A stretch of 64,000 nt of DNA from NCBI GenBank assembly GCA_963787255.1, contig CAWBCJ010000029.1, forward strand, positions 64,001 to 128,000, written 5' to 3'. This DNA comes from Methanobacteriota archaeon. Its GTDB lineage: Archaea; Methanobacteriota; Methanobacteria; Methanobacteriales; Methanobacteriaceae. Position 1 is the stretch's first letter. Every line of letters starts with the position of its first letter. The notes beneath the pieces were generated by a model. That model searched no databases and had not been told where the DNA came from. It saw only the letters and a list, made by a program, of their open reading frames with translations. This document shows positions 38,356 through 49,709 of this stretch, in pieces. The position numbers and the translations under genes are program-made.

Positions 38356-39030
38356 ATGGAAAAATTAAGACTCCAGCAAGCTCAACAATTAATAGAAGAA
38401 GCAGGGAAGAGAGAAACCGCACCAGAAAAGCTCAAAAGTCCGCGAGAAGGAACTATTAACGCTGATGTTTTTGGAGAAACATTGAATGAATTAATTGAAG
38501 CTGAAGAATTCATTTACTCCAGCAGACCATCACATAAGCTGAATGAAGAAGATGCAAAACAATTCTGCAGCAAAATTTTAAGCGTTAGAACTAAAATAGA
38601 TGAAATTTTAGCTGATTTCGGGGTTATTGAAAAAGAAAGCGTAGAAGAAGAAATTAAAAAGCTTTCAGAAGATATTTTAATTTTAACAAGCAAAAACAAT
38701 TTTAAAAAAGTTTTTGCAAAATTTGGAGTTGACCCTCAAAAGATAGTGGTTGCAGGTGTGCCACTCGAAGTTGAAGATATGAAAGTTTTAAATCCCAAAA
38801 TTCCAGAAGCTGCACTTGCAGGGATTTCTAAGAAAATTGAACACGTTAAAAACGATATACAACGAAAAATTGACGGTTTAAATTTAGAAAAAATTTTAGT
38901 GATTGTTGAAGCTGACAATGCTGGCGAAGTTCTTGGTAAACGTTCCAAAGAAATTTATGATGCTGAAGTGGTTTTTTTGGATAATTTAAAGGACATTACA
39001 CCTGAAGACTTTAAAGAAATTATTTCTTAA
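38356..39030 (+). CDS. DUF2100 family protein
   Basis: S.P.H.L motif and VAGVPL..EDMK.LNP.IP pattern recalled for this archaeal family. Confidence 0.65.
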   Translation: MEKLRLQQAQQLIEEAGKRETAPEKLKSPREGTINADVFGETLNELIEAEEFIYSSRPSHKLNEEDAKQFCSKILSVRTKIDEILADFGVIEKESVEEEIKKLSEDILILTSKNNFKKVFAKFGVDPQKIVVAGVPLEVEDMKVLNPKIPEAALAGISKKIEHVKNDIQRKIDGLNLEKILVIVEADNAGEVLGKRSKEIYDAEVVFLDNLKDITPEDFKEIIS

Positions 39031-39495
39031 TTTTTTTAGGTGAAGTTACTTTTTATTCTTCAATTAAGAAAATTAAATTCAATAAAGATTTTCTTTCAAT
39101 TTTTTAGTTTTGTGATTATTAAAGTATTAAAAGCGCCCATTTTAATTTATAAAACATTATTTAAACTTTATTACATATTAACAGTTCAATAAGCTTTAAT
39201 TTAGTTATTACTAAGTTTAAATAATGTTTTATATCAATTTGACCATATTAAAGTAATTAATGAAGCATTGGAAGTTGTATGTAAGTTTTCAGTTATATTA
39301 TAAAATCAAAACATATGAATTTCAAAATTTTTTTTAATTACATTTATAAATCAGTTAATCGTTACTTAAATTAATAAATAATTAAAATGATTTAAAATCA
39401 TATACTTGGAAACTATTAAATATTACTTAAATTATGATTTACCTTCAAAATTTAGATTTTTGAAGGCTAATTATTATCTAATCGGGGTGAAAAAT

Positions 39496-40449
39496 TTGGT
39501 TATCAAATGTTTTCCAGACACACAAGATAAAATACCTACAATTCCAGTGCATCTAACAAGGGTGGGGGTTAGCGGGGTTAAAAAACTTCTAAAAATTGAA
39601 AGAAACGAAAGAAGACCGATAATTCTTTTACCGACATTTGATGCATTTGTGGATCTTCCCAGTAAACAGAGGGGAATCCACATGTCAAGAAATCCAGAAG
39701 CAATAAGCGACGTGCTTGAAGAAGTTGTTGACGGTACAGCAGTTGAAATAGAATCTCTTTGTGCTGAAATAGTAAGTACGTTACTGAAAAAGCATACATA
39801 TGCAAAAAGAGCAGAAGTAAGCATGAAAAGTGATCTTATGATGATTAAAAGGTCTCCAGTTACAGGTTTAAAGACTCAGGAAATGACCAACATCATGGCA
39901 GATGCTACAGGCTTTAGAGACGGAGATGAAATTGTAATAAGAAAAATGATCGGTGCAGAAGTTGTAGGGATGACTGCATGTCCCTGTGCACAGGAATCTG
40001 TACGGGAAACATCAAGAGAAAATCTCCTTGAGTTTTTAGATGAAGAGACTACTGAAAGAGTTCTTGATTCTGTATCTCTTGCATCGCACAACCAGCGAGG
40101 GCGTGGAATGATCATGATAGAGGTTCCACACCAAGAAGTGATGCGTGTAGAACAACTTATAAAGATTATAGAAGAATCAATGAGTTCTTCTGTCTGTGAA
40201 CTTCTAAAAAGGCCTGATGAGAACGCTATTGTTGTTCAGGCTCACAATAACCCCATGTTTGTTGAAGATTGTGTAAGAAATATGGTGCAGAAAATAGTGA
40301 ATGAATTTAAACATTTCCCTGATGACACTCTTGTTACTGTTAGGCAGGTGAATGAAGAGAGTATACACCGGCACAACGCCTTTGCAGAAAAAGTAGCCAC
40401 ATTAGGTGAGCTTAAATATGAAATAGAAGCTATAGACGACAATGATTAA
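39496..40449 (+). CDS. mptA: GTP cyclohydrolase IV (methanopterin biosynthesis)
   Basis: PDTQ, LTRVGV, RGIHMSR, GMTACPCA, SHNQRG, FVEDCVR, ESIH.HNA; TTG start after GGGGTGA. Confidence 0.93.
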   Translation: MVIKCFPDTQDKIPTIPVHLTRVGVSGVKKLLKIERNERRPIILLPTFDAFVDLPSKQRGIHMSRNPEAISDVLEEVVDGTAVEIESLCAEIVSTLLKKHTYAKRAEVSMKSDLMMIKRSPVTGLKTQEMTNIMADATGFRDGDEIVIRKMIGAEVVGMTACPCAQESVRETSRENLLEFLDEETTERVLDSVSLASHNQRGRGMIMIEVPHQEVMRVEQLIKIIEESMSSSVCELLKRPDENAIVVQAHNNPMFVEDCVRNMVQKIVNEFKHFPDDTLVTVRQVNEESIHRHNAFAEKVATLGELKYEIEAIDDND

Positions 40450-40476
40450 TTTATTTTAGATAGGAGAGGGTAATCC

Positions 40477-40911
40477 TTGATGCAGACACATAAAATAGCA
40501 AGTAAAGTAATGGAAAGTTTAGAAGCATTTCATGGTTCAAAACCTGCTATAGATGCCAATAATATCCTTATTGTAAGAGGAATGACAAAAAAACAATTTA
40601 ATGTAGAAATGGAAGTTTTTCTTTCAAATGTCTTAAAAAATATGGGTGCTAGAGAAATCGACATGTTTTCTAAAGAAGGTGGTAGTATTATAGGGATCAT
40701 GGACGAAAGAATAAGATCTAATGTCCCTATTCAAAGTGAAACCGACGTTTCAGGTATTCAGATGATGAAAGATTCCCTGGAAGCTATGAATTGTGATGTA
40801 GCTGTTACTATGGGTATTTCCAATGATATAGGGCTATTTATAGTAACATGGGATGATAAAAGTGGGTTAGGGCTACGATTTGTTGAAGTTGTTGTTGCAA
40901 ACCTCGAATAA
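40477..40911 (+). CDS. DUF2120 family protein
   Basis: AF.GSKP.ID...ILIVRG; W.DKSG.G..FVEVVV. Confidence 0.7.
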   Translation: MMQTHKIASKVMESLEAFHGSKPAIDANNILIVRGMTKKQFNVEMEVFLSNVLKNMGAREIDMFSKEGGSIIGIMDERIRSNVPIQSETDVSGIQMMKDSLEAMNCDVAVTMGISNDIGLFIVTWDDKSGLGLRFVEVVVANLE

Positions 40912-40954
40912 AAACTTTATTTTCTATTTTTTTTAATTAACAGTGGAAGGTATC

Positions 40955-42034
40955 ATGGCAGAATATTCAAAAGATGACATATTATCTCTTTTAAATGCAA
41001 AAGGCAAGGATATTTTATCTTTAATATCTTCTGCAGAATCAAAAAGAGATACAAATAGGATTACTTATTCAAAAAATGTTTTTTTACCCTTAACTGACAT
41101 CTGCAGAAATGAATGTGGCTATTGCACCTTTAAAAAAAATCCTGAAGATGAAAATGCACGAATTTTAATGGATCACGAAGAAATTTTCGCTGTTTTAAAG
41201 GATGCTGACAAATGGAGATGTAAAGAAGCTTTATTTACTTTTGGAGAACGTGCAGAAGAGTTTGATGAAGTTAAAGCAGCTCTTGAAGATCTAGGCTATG
41301 ATAACATGATTGAATATCTCTATTTTATCTGTGATGAAACGCTGAAAAATACAGGTCTTTTACCACACAGCAATCCTGGAGTGCTCAAAAAAAGTGAACT
41401 AAAGACTTTGAGGGAAGTAAATGCGTCCATGGGGCTGATGCTTGAAACTACAAGCAAAAGGTTAATGAAAACAGTGGTACATGAAAAAAGTCCTGGAAAA
41501 GATCCTGATTTAAGGATTAAGACCATTAGAAATGCTGGAAAATTAAAAATACCATTTACTACAGGCTTGCTTATTGGTATTGGGGAAACAGTTGAAGAAC
41601 GTGCTGAATCCCTTCTTGAAATAAAACGGCTTAATGACAAATATGGCCATATTCAAGAGATAATAATCCAGAATTTCAAGCCTAAGCCGGGAATTCCGAT
41701 GGAATCATGGAAAGAGCCTTCTTTAATTGAAATGATCAAGATGGTCGCTGTTACAAAAATTTTATTTCCAGATACTGGTGTTCAGGTCCCTCCAAATCTG
41801 AATAAATATAATGCTCAGGTATTTCTCCTTGCAGGCGCTGACGATTGGGGTGGTGTTTCACCAGTTAGTAAGGATTATGTAAATCCAGAGGCTCCCTGGC
41901 CAGAAGTAGATGATTTAAGAATAATTACGGAAGAAATGGGTTTATTTTTAGATGAAAGACTTCCAGTATATCCTGATTTTATTAATGAGACATTTTTAAG
42001 TGAAAAAATAATGAATAAGATAAATTCTTTTTAA
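40955..42034 (+). CDS. cofG: FO synthase subunit 1 (F420 biosynthesis)
   Basis: TYSKNVFLPLT, CRNECGYC, EALFTFGE, HSNPG, SMGLMLE, QVPPNL, DDWGGVSP. Confidence 0.95.
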   Translation: MAEYSKDDILSLLNAKGKDILSLISSAESKRDTNRITYSKNVFLPLTDICRNECGYCTFKKNPEDENARILMDHEEIFAVLKDADKWRCKEALFTFGERAEEFDEVKAALEDLGYDNMIEYLYFICDETLKNTGLLPHSNPGVLKKSELKTLREVNASMGLMLETTSKRLMKTVVHEKSPGKDPDLRIKTIRNAGKLKIPFTTGLLIGIGETVEERAESLLEIKRLNDKYGHIQEIIIQNFKPKPGIPMESWKEPSLIEMIKMVAVTKILFPDTGVQVPPNLNKYNAQVFLLAGADDWGGVSPVSKDYVNPEAPWPEVDDLRIITEEMGLFLDERLPVYPDFINETFLSEKIMNKINSF

Positions 42035-42079
42035 TCAATTCAATTTTCTAAAAAGAAGATTTTAATTTTCAGATTTTTG

Positions 42080-42105
42080 ATCAACTTTTTTTTAAAAAGG
42101 TTGAT
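42080..42105. terminator. Inverted repeat between convergent cofG and response regulator
   Basis: ATCAACTTTTT-N3-AAAAAGGTTGAT. Confidence 0.55.
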
Positions 42106-42147
42106 GAATTAGATAAATTCTTTTTTTAGAGTATGGATTTTATCTTA

Positions 42148-42546
42148 TTATTTACTTAGAATGAACCTTTGATGTATTCTTCGTCTGTAAAGAGCGTCTT
42201 CTACTGTGTATTTAAGTTGATTTTCCTCAAATGGTTTTGATATATATCCATAGGGCCTTGTTGCCCGCATAAGTTGTATTATTTCCTCGGTTAAATAGCC
42301 TGTAATGTAAATAACAGCCGTGTCAAAAGTATTAGTTATTTTTTTTGCCAATTCAATTCCATTATCATTTTTTTGTTTAATATTTATTAATGCCAAGTCT
42401 GGTTTTACCTCACTAGCTTTTTTTAAAGCTTCTTTTTGAGATGATGCTATTATTGGAGTATTATAACCCCAAAATTCAAATCTATCTTGAAGATCCATTG
42501 CAATGACTGCTTCATCTTCAACAATTAAGATTGTTACAGTGTACAT
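42148..42546 (-). CDS. Single-domain response regulator (receiver); Asn at the phospho-acceptor position
   Basis: ILIVEDE, PDLALINI, GIELA, YITG, YISKPF. Confidence 0.88.
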   Translation of the reverse strand: MYTVTILIVEDEAVIAMDLQDRFEFWGYNTPIIASSQKEALKKASEVKPDLALINIKQKNDNGIELAKKITNTFDTAVIYITGYLTEEIIQLMRATRPYGYISKPFEENQLKYTVEDALYRRRIHQRFILSK

Positions 42547-42930
42547 AAGTCATATCTCCATTTATTTTAATAAAGTTCATAGTAATACTATACTTAATAT
42601 TGTTATTAATTATTATATATAAAATTTGCAATAAATAGAATATATCCCACAATTCCCATAGAAAAGCTTGATTTTGTATAATAAAGATATATTTTTCCTT
42701 AAATCATGTGAAATAAGTGTATGGATGCTTCTTCAAATATACATTATTTAAATATTAAAAATAATATTAGTTCATTATTGACAAAAATAGAACTAATCAA
42801 TATTTTAATTGTACTGATTTACGTTAATATCAAATAATTAAAATTAATAAAATCTATTGCATAGATTATCTTTTAGAATCCAATTAATGTGACGGATTTA
42901 AAATTATATAAAAACAAATGCAGGTGAATT

Positions 42931-43758
42931 ATGACTAAGATCGGTTTTATAGGCTACGGTAGCATGGGAAGCATGATAATAGATGGTTTATTAAAATCAA
43001 AGATACTAAAACCCAATGAAATCATTATATCCAACAGGACACTAAATAAACTTGAAGAAATTAAAAAAAAGTATCCTGAGATTGAAATAACTGATGATAA
43101 CAAATATTTAGCCGCAGAATGCGATAAAATATTCATTTTCGTGGGAACATTTGCTGTTAAAGAAGTAATAGAAGACATAATTGATTATATTTCCGTTAAT
43201 ACCCACATAATACATATTGCAGCAGGATTAAGCCTAAAAAATGTTGAAAAGGTTTTTGATGGAAAAATAACCAGAGTAATTCCCAGTCTAACATCAAAGG
43301 TGAATGAAGGGGTTTCATTAATTCATCACAATGAAAAAGTTAGAGAAGATGATGATGCTGAATTTGTAAATAATCTTTTTAGTGCAATTGGAAACGTTAA
43401 AATTATACCTGAAGATGATTTTGAGGTAGGTTCGGATCTTACAAGCTGTGCACCAGCATTTATTGCATCAATTTTCATGCACTTTGCAGAAGCAGGAGTA
43501 AAACATGGAAACTTTACAATTGAAGAAACCGAAAAAATGGTGATTAAAACACTTTATGGTACTGCCAAGCTTCTTTACGAAGAAAATATGAGTTTTAATG
43601 AGATAATATCAAGGGTTGCAACTAAAGGAGGAATAACAGAAGAAGGAGTTAAAATTCTGAAAAAAGAAATGCCTCAAACTTATGATAGAATTTTTAAGGC
43701 CACATTAAGCAAGCATGAACAGATTAAAGCAGAATTAAACGAACAATACTACAAATAA
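42931..43758 (+). CDS. Pyrroline-5-carboxylate reductase family, ComER-like
   Basis: IGFIGYGSMG Rossmann motif; SCAPAF; VATKGGITEEG instead of the usual ProC SPGGTT. Confidence 0.8.
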   Translation: MTKIGFIGYGSMGSMIIDGLLKSKILKPNEIIISNRTLNKLEEIKKKYPEIEITDDNKYLAAECDKIFIFVGTFAVKEVIEDIIDYISVNTHIIHIAAGLSLKNVEKVFDGKITRVIPSLTSKVNEGVSLIHHNEKVREDDDAEFVNNLFSAIGNVKIIPEDDFEVGSDLTSCAPAFIASIFMHFAEAGVKHGNFTIEETEKMVIKTLYGTAKLLYEENMSFNEIISRVATKGGITEEGVKILKKEMPQTYDRIFKATLSKHEQIKAELNEQYYK

Positions 43759-43787
43759 TAGTATGAATAATTCCATGGAACAATATT

Positions 43788-44240
43788 ATGAAAAATTATT
43801 CAAAAATAAATCCAAAAACAGCATTTATAATTTATATTATTCTTGACACCGTTTTAGTCGGAATGGGAATGGGCGTTCCATTTTTCTGTATTTTATTCGG
43901 ATTTCCAATGGGATGGTACCTTGCAAAAAGAGTCTATGGAACTAAAAGAAATTTAAATGAAATTTTAAAACCAATATTAAAATATGCATCGCTAACATCA
44001 GCTTTTACCTTAATTTTAATGATAATTGTCTGGGGACCTGTAGCAACACTGCTTCTAAACCCTGCTGCCGATTTTGCAAATTTTGGGATTCCAATGATCT
44101 TATTCGACCCCAAAATGAGTTTCATTGGCTGGATAATTCTTATGATATTTGTATCCCCATTTTTACAGCTTCTTGTAACTGTTTTTGCTGCAAATATAGC
44201 AATAACCAAATATTCACGGGAAGTGAAAAATGTCCACTAA
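43788..44240 (+). CDS. Hypothetical membrane protein
   Basis: 150 aa with several hydrophobic helices; GMGMGVP. Confidence 0.7.
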   Translation: MKNYSKINPKTAFIIYIILDTVLVGMGMGVPFFCILFGFPMGWYLAKRVYGTKRNLNEILKPILKYASLTSAFTLILMIIVWGPVATLLLNPAADFANFGIPMILFDPKMSFIGWIILMIFVSPFLQLLVTVFAANIAITKYSREVKNVH

Positions 44241-44432
44241 AGAAGCAATATGAAAAATACGTAATATATTGAAAAATAATAAAATTCTTATATTTGTTAA
44301 ATAACTATTATCCTGCTTTTATTTAGTTTTTAAGCGGCATTTAATTTAATAAATTCTTATACTAAATTGGTACATTAACTCCGTAAGGTTTAAATATCAA
44401 AAGTATATAATCTAACTAATGCGCTAAGGTAT

Positions 44433-44505
<73 letters not shown>

Positions 44506-44554
44506 CTTAATTTAAAAAAAAGTAATTATAAATCAAATGAAATATTTTTCATTT

Positions 44555-44702
<148 letters not shown>

Positions 44703-44822
44703 CCCCCTTTTTTTAAAACACAAAATCACTTATTTTTTAGACTGTTAATAAAAACTAAGTTAAATATAAATTTATTAAATATCTTAAATTTAATTACTAA
44801 TTAAAAAAATAAGCGTGATTAA

Positions 44823-45443
44823 ATGAAAAAATTTAACAATGTCACAATGATTGAAGGTATTGGGTTTGATTCCAATATTTATATCTTTGACGACGTTATA
44901 GTTGACACCGGAACCGGTGAAAACTTCGAATACGTGCTTAATTCTATTAAAAACGCGGGTTTCAATATCGCGGAAGATATTAAACAGATTGTAAACACCC
45001 ACTGTCATTTTGACCATATTGGCGGAAACCGTTTTTTCAATGCAAAGATTGCAATTCACGAAGCAGATGCTCCCGCGCTTGAAAATGGAGATATTAACGC
45101 GACTGCCGCTTACATGTTCGGAAAGCCCCTTGAACCAGTAAAAGTTGATTTACACCTTAAAGAAGGTGACAAAATTAATGATTTTGAAGTTATTCACACA
45201 CCAGGACATACAATTGGTGGAATATGTCTTTATGATGGAGAAACATTGATTTCAGGAGATACTGTGTTTGCAGACGGAGGATTTGGTAGATTCGACATTG
45301 GAGGAGACATAAACCTGCTCAAAGCGTCCATTGAAAAATTATCCGAGCTTAGTGTTGAATATCTTCTTCCAGGACACGGGCCCGCAGTTGATAATGGTTC
45401 TGAGCACATTAATTTGTCCAATAGAATCATCAAAAGTTTTTAA
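44823..45443 (+). CDS. MBL-fold metallo-hydrolase
   Basis: THCHFDHIGG, HTPGHT, SGD, PGHG. Confidence 0.92.
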   Translation: MKKFNNVTMIEGIGFDSNIYIFDDVIVDTGTGENFEYVLNSIKNAGFNIAEDIKQIVNTHCHFDHIGGNRFFNAKIAIHEADAPALENGDINATAAYMFGKPLEPVKVDLHLKEGDKINDFEVIHTPGHTIGGICLYDGETLISGDTVFADGGFGRFDIGGDINLLKASIEKLSELSVEYLLPGHGPAVDNGSEHINLSNRIIKSF

Positions 45444-45506
45444 TTATTTTTTTTTAATCATTATTTTAAGATATATAACTATTAAAAAAGAGATTTTAAA
45501 TTATTT

Positions 45507-46449
45507 TTAAGAAATAGTTACATTTATATCGTTACTGCCATACCCTGTGTCAATGACATCGAAATAAGTTAATTCCCATGCTTTTCCAGTATATTTTGCA
45601 TTAATACATGGATAATACGCATCCCATCTAAAATTTTGAACTTCTGGAAGCTTATCTGCCTTATTAATAGCTTCTTGAGCTGATGGAACACTGCCACCCG
45701 TTACTGTAAGACTTTGTACAGTTTTCACATCTGATTTTTCTTTATTTAATGTGTTGTATTTAAATGAATAGTAAGTACTGTTATTATTGTCACTTTCAAC
45801 CAGAGTCCATGTAAACATATCCATTGTAGGATATGCTGCAGAATATACAAAGTTTCCACTTACAGGGTTTTCATCAAGGGCGTTAGATTTTTCATAAGCC
45901 CTTATACCTCCAAAAGAGATTAAAATAATCATAAAAATTGCCATTGCAGCTTTTTTGTATTTCATATCCAATTTCAAATAAAGAATCAATAAAACTATGA
46001 GCGCGATAACTGCAGTTGTAATATCTATGTAGTAATAGATTTCAGCACTGAATCTTTCAAGTGTAAATGGATAAAAAAGAGGTATTCCTCTTGATGTTAA
46101 AAAATCAAGGAATAAATGAGTAAGTGCACCAAAATAAGCTATTCCTACAGTTTTCCATGTAAATTCAACTGATATATCCCGCCGAATTATTCTTCCTATA
46201 AATCCATTGATTCTTTTTTCTGGAGATAACATATAAAAAGAGCGTGGACGCAACCCCTGCAAAAATAAAAGTATGGGTAATTCCCCTATGTGAGAAAACA
46301 AAAAGATATGTGGCTAAAAATCCAATCCATGTAATAAAAATAGTATCTAAGTCTGGTGCAATCCCACCGAATGCTCCTTCAAGTTTATTCTTACTTTTAA
46401 GAGCAAATAAAATAATAAAAGGTACTAAAAAATGTGTGAAGAAGTCCAT
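45507..46449 (-). CDS. YdjM/YbcI-type membrane metal-dependent hydrolase; indel near 46215
   Basis: MDFFTH, PDLD, HRGITH, HLFLD.LT..G across two frames; shift at a homopolymer run. Confidence 0.8.
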
Positions 46450-46483
46450 ATTATCTTTAAAATCTCCATTAAATTCATGAATT

Positions 46484-47134
46484 TTATTTTGTGCACATTT
46501 TGACTATATCCTTTACAAATGCAGATTTAACTAGAATTGAAATTTTATTCCCTTCATTTAAAACCATATCTGCTTTAGGAATAGTAATTTCGCCATTTTT
46601 ATACACTGCAACAATTATATAATTATCTGTTGGACTAATGTCCCCAACTCTTTTACCTATGATCTTCTTATTTTTCACAGTGATGTCCAGTATTTCCGCA
46701 TCACCTTTTCCAATAACGATTAAGTCGGCGACCTTCGGTCGGGTAATTATTTTTTCAAGGTAGCCTGCTGCTGTAAGTTCTGGGCTTATAACATCATCGA
46801 TGCCTACTTTTTTAAATGCTTCCTCGTGATCGGGGTTACTAAGCCTAGCAATGATTTTATTAATGTTATACTGTTTAACAAGTATGCATGAAAGGAGATT
46901 TGCCTCATCGTTACCTGTTGCAGCGACAAAAACATCGGCATCAGCTACATTAGCCTCTTCAAGGGTTTTTGTATCTGTACCGTTACCGCAGATTACCAGA
47001 GCATCCATTTCAGCGGCTGCAGCGCCGCATAAGCTATCATCATTTTCTATAAGGGTGACGTCATGTCCCCTGCTCACTAAATTAGCTGCAAGATTTAATC
47101 CTACCCTTCCTGCACCCATTATAACTATATACAC
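46484..47134 (-). CDS. trkA: Trk K+ uptake regulatory subunit
   Basis: [17 protein letters not shown]; TrkA_N plus TrkA_C. Confidence 0.92.
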   Translation of the reverse strand: MYIVIMGAGRVGLNLAANLVSRGHDVTLIENDDSLCGAAAAEMDALVICGNGTDTKTLEEANVADADVFVAATGNDEANLLSCILVKQYNINKIIARLSNPDHEEAFKKVGIDDVISPELTAAGYLEKIITRPKVADLIVIGKGDAEILDITVKNKKIIGKRVGDISPTDNYIIVAVYKNGEITIPKADMVLNEGNKISILVKSAFVKDIVKMCTK

Positions 47135-47281
47135 ATTTACACCTTCAAAAAAGTAAATTAGACGTTTTAATTTGAATAAGCATAATTATCATAATTTTAT
47201 CAAATAATCTCATTTCTATTATTTAAACTATTGACTTTCAAACTATTTCTCGTCATAGTATAAAAGCTTGTCCATAAAAAA

Positions 47282-48715
47282 CTATCTTTTAAGTAAACTA
47301 AATGAAGCTCGTAGCAGAACAAGTACTGGAATTATTTCGATTCTCCCAATCCACATGTTAAATATCAGGAAAGCTTGTGGAATCTGAGGCATTGTTGGGG
47401 TGACAATACCCATTGAAAGCCCTACATTTCCCTGTGCAGAACAAATTTCGTATAAAGAGTTTAATGCATCGTATCCGTACTGTACAAATACAATCCATGT
47501 TATAAAAATAAAAATAAGATAAATAGATACATAAGAACCTGCTTCTCTAATTTCTACATCAGTTACAGGTTTATTAGATATTTTTCGAGGTATAACAGAT
47601 CCTGCAGGGGCTACTATCCTTAAAAGTTCCCAATATAACCCTTTTACAATTGTAACAACCCGTATAAGCTTTACTGCACCTGAAGTAGAACCTGCTGCCA
47701 TTCCAATTATCATACAGGCTATAAGAATTAGTTTAGCATATTGCGGCCATGCAATCATAGTATTTAAAGGAGAAATACTTGAACCAGTACATGAAAGAGC
47801 AGAAACTACATTGAAAAGGGATTCTAAAGGTAAAAACTTTGCATTTATTATTAAAAGTACGGTAAAAATAAAAATTATAATTAGAGATGCTTGAAGCTGA
47901 ATATCCTTTATTACACTTTTTAATTTACCATTTAAAGCCCTATAATGAACAAGAAAGCTTGTTCCCCCTATAAACATCAGTATTATTGTTATTATGTAAA
48001 TTATATTGCTTCCATAAGCACCTATGTTATCATTTTTAATGGACATGCCGCCGGTTGATAAATTGGTAAAAGTATTGTTTATAGCGTCGAAAAGGGGCAT
48101 TCCAGCAAGAACATATAAAACAATTCCTAAAACGGTGTAAAAAATGTAAATCCACCATATGGTCCTTACAGTTCCAAGAATACTGGGTTTTATTTTTTCT
48201 TCCCTAGCTTCAGACTTGTACAACCTTGCTGCTGCTGTTCCGGGCCTAATTAAAATCCCAATAACTACAATAACAACACCAAGCCCCCCAATCCATTGTT
48301 CAATACTTCTTAAAAACAAAACCGATTTGGGAAGTATTTCAACATTTAAGAATATAGAGAGGCCACTGCCGGTCCATGCAGACATGCTTTCAAAATAAGC
48401 ATTTAAAAAGCTTATGTGTGTAACCTGCATTAATATCAGGCTTCCAATTAGTGCCGCCCAGAGCCAAGCAACTGCAGCAATTATCATTCCATGTTTAAGT
48501 CGTAGGTTCGTGCCTTTACCTACAAATAATTTTCTTAAACCAAATCCAAGCAAAATTGAAAATCCTGAGGGAATTATAAAGGAAATGTAATTGGATTCAC
48601 CGTAAATTAGAGCAACTATAAGGGGTATTAATGTCACTACACCAATACCAATCATTATCAAGCCTAGCTGCTCTGCTATTATATAAAAATCCCTTTTTCT
48701 AAACTGGCCAATCAT
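47282..48715 (-). CDS. trkH: Trk K+ uptake membrane subunit
   Basis: FESMSAWTGSG, QWIGGLG, STGG, GSTSGAVK..R, GNVG, MWIGR.EI. Confidence 0.92.
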   Translation of the reverse strand: MIGQFRKRDFYIIAEQLGLIMIGIGVVTLIPLIVALIYGESNYISFIIPSGFSILLGFGLRKLFVGKGTNLRLKHGMIIAAVAWLWAALIGSLILMQVTHISFLNAYFESMSAWTGSGLSIFLNVEILPKSVLFLRSIEQWIGGLGVVIVVIGILIRPGTAAARLYKSEAREEKIKPSILGTVRTIWWIYIFYTVLGIVLYVLAGMPLFDAINNTFTNLSTGGMSIKNDNIGAYGSNIIYIITIILMFIGGTSFLVHYRALNGKLKSVIKDIQLQASLIIIFIFTVLLIINAKFLPLESLFNVVSALSCTGSSISPLNTMIAWPQYAKLILIACMIIGMAAGSTSGAVKLIRVVTIVKGLYWELLRIVAPAGSVIPRKISNKPVTDVEIREAGSYVSIYLIFIFITWIVFVQYGYDALNSLYEICSAQGNVGLSMGIVTPTMPQIPQAFLIFNMWIGRIEIIPVLVLLRASFSLLKR

Positions 48716-48935
48716 CTATATCGTATTAAATGATATTCAACAATGCTTATAAATTTAATTGTTAATGCAATAGCCCGATTTAATGCTTATTCAAAATTAT
48801 CCACGAATTATTATATAATATTTAATTTAAAAGAGTAAATTTAAGACTACATACTGCTTTCACGTTCATTTAAAAGTTGATGTGTAATTAAAAATTAAAA
48901 AAGAGAGTTTAAAGTTTTTTTTAGATCCCTTTAAA

Positions 48936-49709
48936 CTATTTCATTTTCCCTTCTGAGCTCATAAAATTCTTTAATTCACGAATGGTTGACATGAACTGTG
49001 CAGGGAAAATGATGGTTGAATTTTTCTCACTTGATATTTCATTTAACACTTGTAAATTCCTTAATTGAAGCGCAACTGGATGTGCTTCTATTATGTCTGC
49101 AGCTTCTCCAAGCTTTGCTGCTGATAAAAACTCACCTTCTGAAGCGATGATTTTAGCCCTCTTCTCCCTTTCTGCTTCTGCTTGTTTAGCCATTGACCTT
49201 CTCATTGATTCGGGCAAATTAATATCCTTAATTTCCACTGCTGTAATCTGTACACCCCATGGTTCGCTGTGAACGTCAATTATTTCCTTAATCCTCTCAT
49301 TTATTTTAGTAGTTGACGATAAAACGTCATCTAAAAGGAATTGTCCTATAACATTTCTCATGGTAGTCTGTGCAATCTGATTTACAGCCCTATTGTAATT
49401 TTCAATTGCTACAACAGCGTCATAGGGTTTAACTACTTTGAAATATGCAACAGCGGCCACATCAATTGAAACGTTGTCCTGAGTTATTATTTTCTGTGAT
49501 TGAATGGGCATGGTAACAATTCTAAATGATACCTTAACCATTCTATCTACTATCGGTATAATAAGGCGCAACCCTGGTTCCTTAATCCCTATAACCTTTC
49601 CAACTCTGAAAACAACTCCTCTTTCATATTGGTTCACTATCCTTATTGAAAGTCCTAAAATAATTAAAATTATGATTCCTACTATAATAAGAGTAAGCCA
49701 ATCAGCCAT
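48936..49709 (-). CDS. SPFH/stomatin-like protein
   Basis: [37 protein letters not shown]. Confidence 0.93.
   Translation of the reverse strand: MADWLTLIIVGIIILIILGLSIRIVNQYERGVVFRVGKVIGIKEPGLRLIIPIVDRMVKVSFRIVTMPIQSQKIITQDNVSIDVAAVAYFKVVKPYDAVVAIENYNRAVNQIAQTTMRNVIGQFLLDDVLSSTTKINERIKEIIDVHSEPWGVQITAVEIKDINLPESMRRSMAKQAEAEREKRAKIIASEGEFLSAAKLGEAADIIEAHPVALQLRNLQVLNEISSEKNSTIIFPAQFMSTIRELKNFMSSEGKMK

Noticed and set aside
39031-39495. 465-bp AT-rich spacer as a possible origin or sRNA locus
   Set aside because: No repeated ORB-like boxes, GC-rich stem or C/D boxes found by eye
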